A stretch of 62,684 nucleotides of DNA, filler included, from Basidioascus undulatus (lineage: Eukaryota): NCBI GenBank assembly GCA_000826855.1. It is 10 parts of 10 records of this genome, joined end to end, with 100 filler letters (N's around TTAATTAATTAA, not from the genome) between each part and the next. Parts side by side here need not be neighbours in the genome. Positions count along the whole stretch, not along the records: positions 58,632 to 62,684 come from JTLS01002254.1; 9 more parts are not named here. One strand, given 5' to 3'. A model generated the notes under the pieces. The model worked only from the letters and a program-made list of their open reading frames with translations. It searched no databases and had not been told where the DNA came from. A program made the translations under genes and the position numbers. This document shows, piece after piece, positions 61,601 to 62,684 of this stretch. Each line of letters begins with the position of its first letter. Positions within the stretch are counted from its first letter, which is position 1.

Positions 61601-62684
61601 TCGCGCTCCGCGCGCTCCACACCGTCGCACGCCTTGCCTCATCCCCCTCCACGGACTCTACGGATTCTCCCCCCGCCGCTGGACTGTACATCGCCTGCGT
61701 TGCCGAGTGCATGCATTGCGTTCCGTCCGTCCTCCAGAGCGCGATGGAGTCGGGCGTACCGGCGCCTGAGATGGAAGACCTCGCTGCGGCCGTGCTGGGG
61801 CTCGCGCAGGTCGTGGGGGAAGACGCGCTCCGAACCCTGTCGGATCAGCTCGCGCCCTTCTTCGAGGGCTCCACTCTCCCCGCCCCGCGCGCCCCGCCGC
61901 CCCTCGACGAAGCACCTCCTCTCCCGGGCGTCCATGACGGGATTGACGTCGACCTCGCCGAGTTCGCAGCGCGCATGCTGCCCGACGTTTACGGCGCCCA
62001 CGCGCCCACGCCGCCCACGTCGGCGTCGGCCCGGCGCGTCTCCTTCGGCGCCGGCGCGGGAGGGTCGCCAACACAGCTGTCACCGCCCACGTTGGTACCT
62101 GGCTTGGATGGGCGGATCGCGAAGCAGTACCTTAAGGACGACTTCAGGGCGCTTAGGTCGGGCCCGCAGGCTAAGAACACTTCGAGGCCGCCGAGTGCGT
62201 CGTTGTTTTCTCTCGCTCGTTTGCTGAGCAACGCAGATGCTGATTGGGTTTGGATTGGGCAGGCAAGCACATTGACGTTCGTTGCTGATTTTCCTTCTGC
62301 GCGAGGTCTGCTGAGCTCATCTTTATTTCTTGGGGCCACAGGACTTCATGAGCAACGCCGCGCCGCTCGCCCCGCCGGGCACACCCGCGCCCCCAAAGCC
62401 GGAGTACTTCTCTCCCCCTCTCCAGGCACAGCAGCCCCCGGTGGCCGCCGTACCCTTCCTCCCCACCCCGCAACAACCGATCCCGCGTACCGCCGCCGCC
62501 GCAGCAGCAGCAGCGGCAGCAGCAGCGTTCGTCAACCCAGCGGCCGCCGCGGCAACAGCGGCAGCGATGGGCTTCCCGGTCGGCATGCCACTGATGGGGA
62601 TGGGAAGCGGCGTTGAAGAGCAGCAGCAGCAGCAACAACAGCAGCAGCTTGAATTCTTCTTTGGGCTCGTGAGTCTGTTCGGGG
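58632..62684 (+). CDS. Virilizer/VIRMA-like large helical protein (m6A writer scaffold); both ends outside the contig or window
   Basis: Long Leu-rich helical ORFs. The spliced C-terminal motif KQYLKDDFRALR..KNTSRPPSKHIDDF matches the Virilizer NTSRPPSxHVDDF signature. Poly-A and poly-Q tail. Confidence 0.7.

Noticed and set aside
31000..62684. Many long overlapping or antisense R/G/P-rich ORFs
   Set aside because: Expected shadow ORFs of high-GC coding sequence.

Overview
Intron-rich, GC-rich fungal genomic DNA, most likely a basidiomycete (inferred from GTGAGT/GTGCGT donors, CTRAC branch sites, short introns and gene content). Positions 1-25190 are one contig. The rest is nine ~4.0-4.1 kb contigs joined by 100-nt N/TTAATTAATTAA linkers, so adjacency across linkers means nothing and many genes are truncated. 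Recognisable genes: a tandem PL3 pectate lyase pair (one copy a pseudogene), a CSαβ defensin, a 3-dehydroshikimate dehydratase, RPS20, a zf-HIT protein, NDUFS6, SCC2, UPF2, a glyoxalase-like protein, mitochondrial IleRS, SARAF, BBP/MSL5, a UBE2Q-like protein, a ThuA-like protein, a Virilizer-like protein and several decayed F-box-like genes. There are three tRNA loci. The standout is a circularly permuted tRNA-Thr(CGU) gene at 28022-28101. Its 3' half precedes its 5' half with the break at position 37/38, and it has a complementary leader and trailer, an extra A-box in the leader and a T5 terminator. I know this architecture from some algae and archaea but not from fungi. All calls were made by eye, with no database searches.
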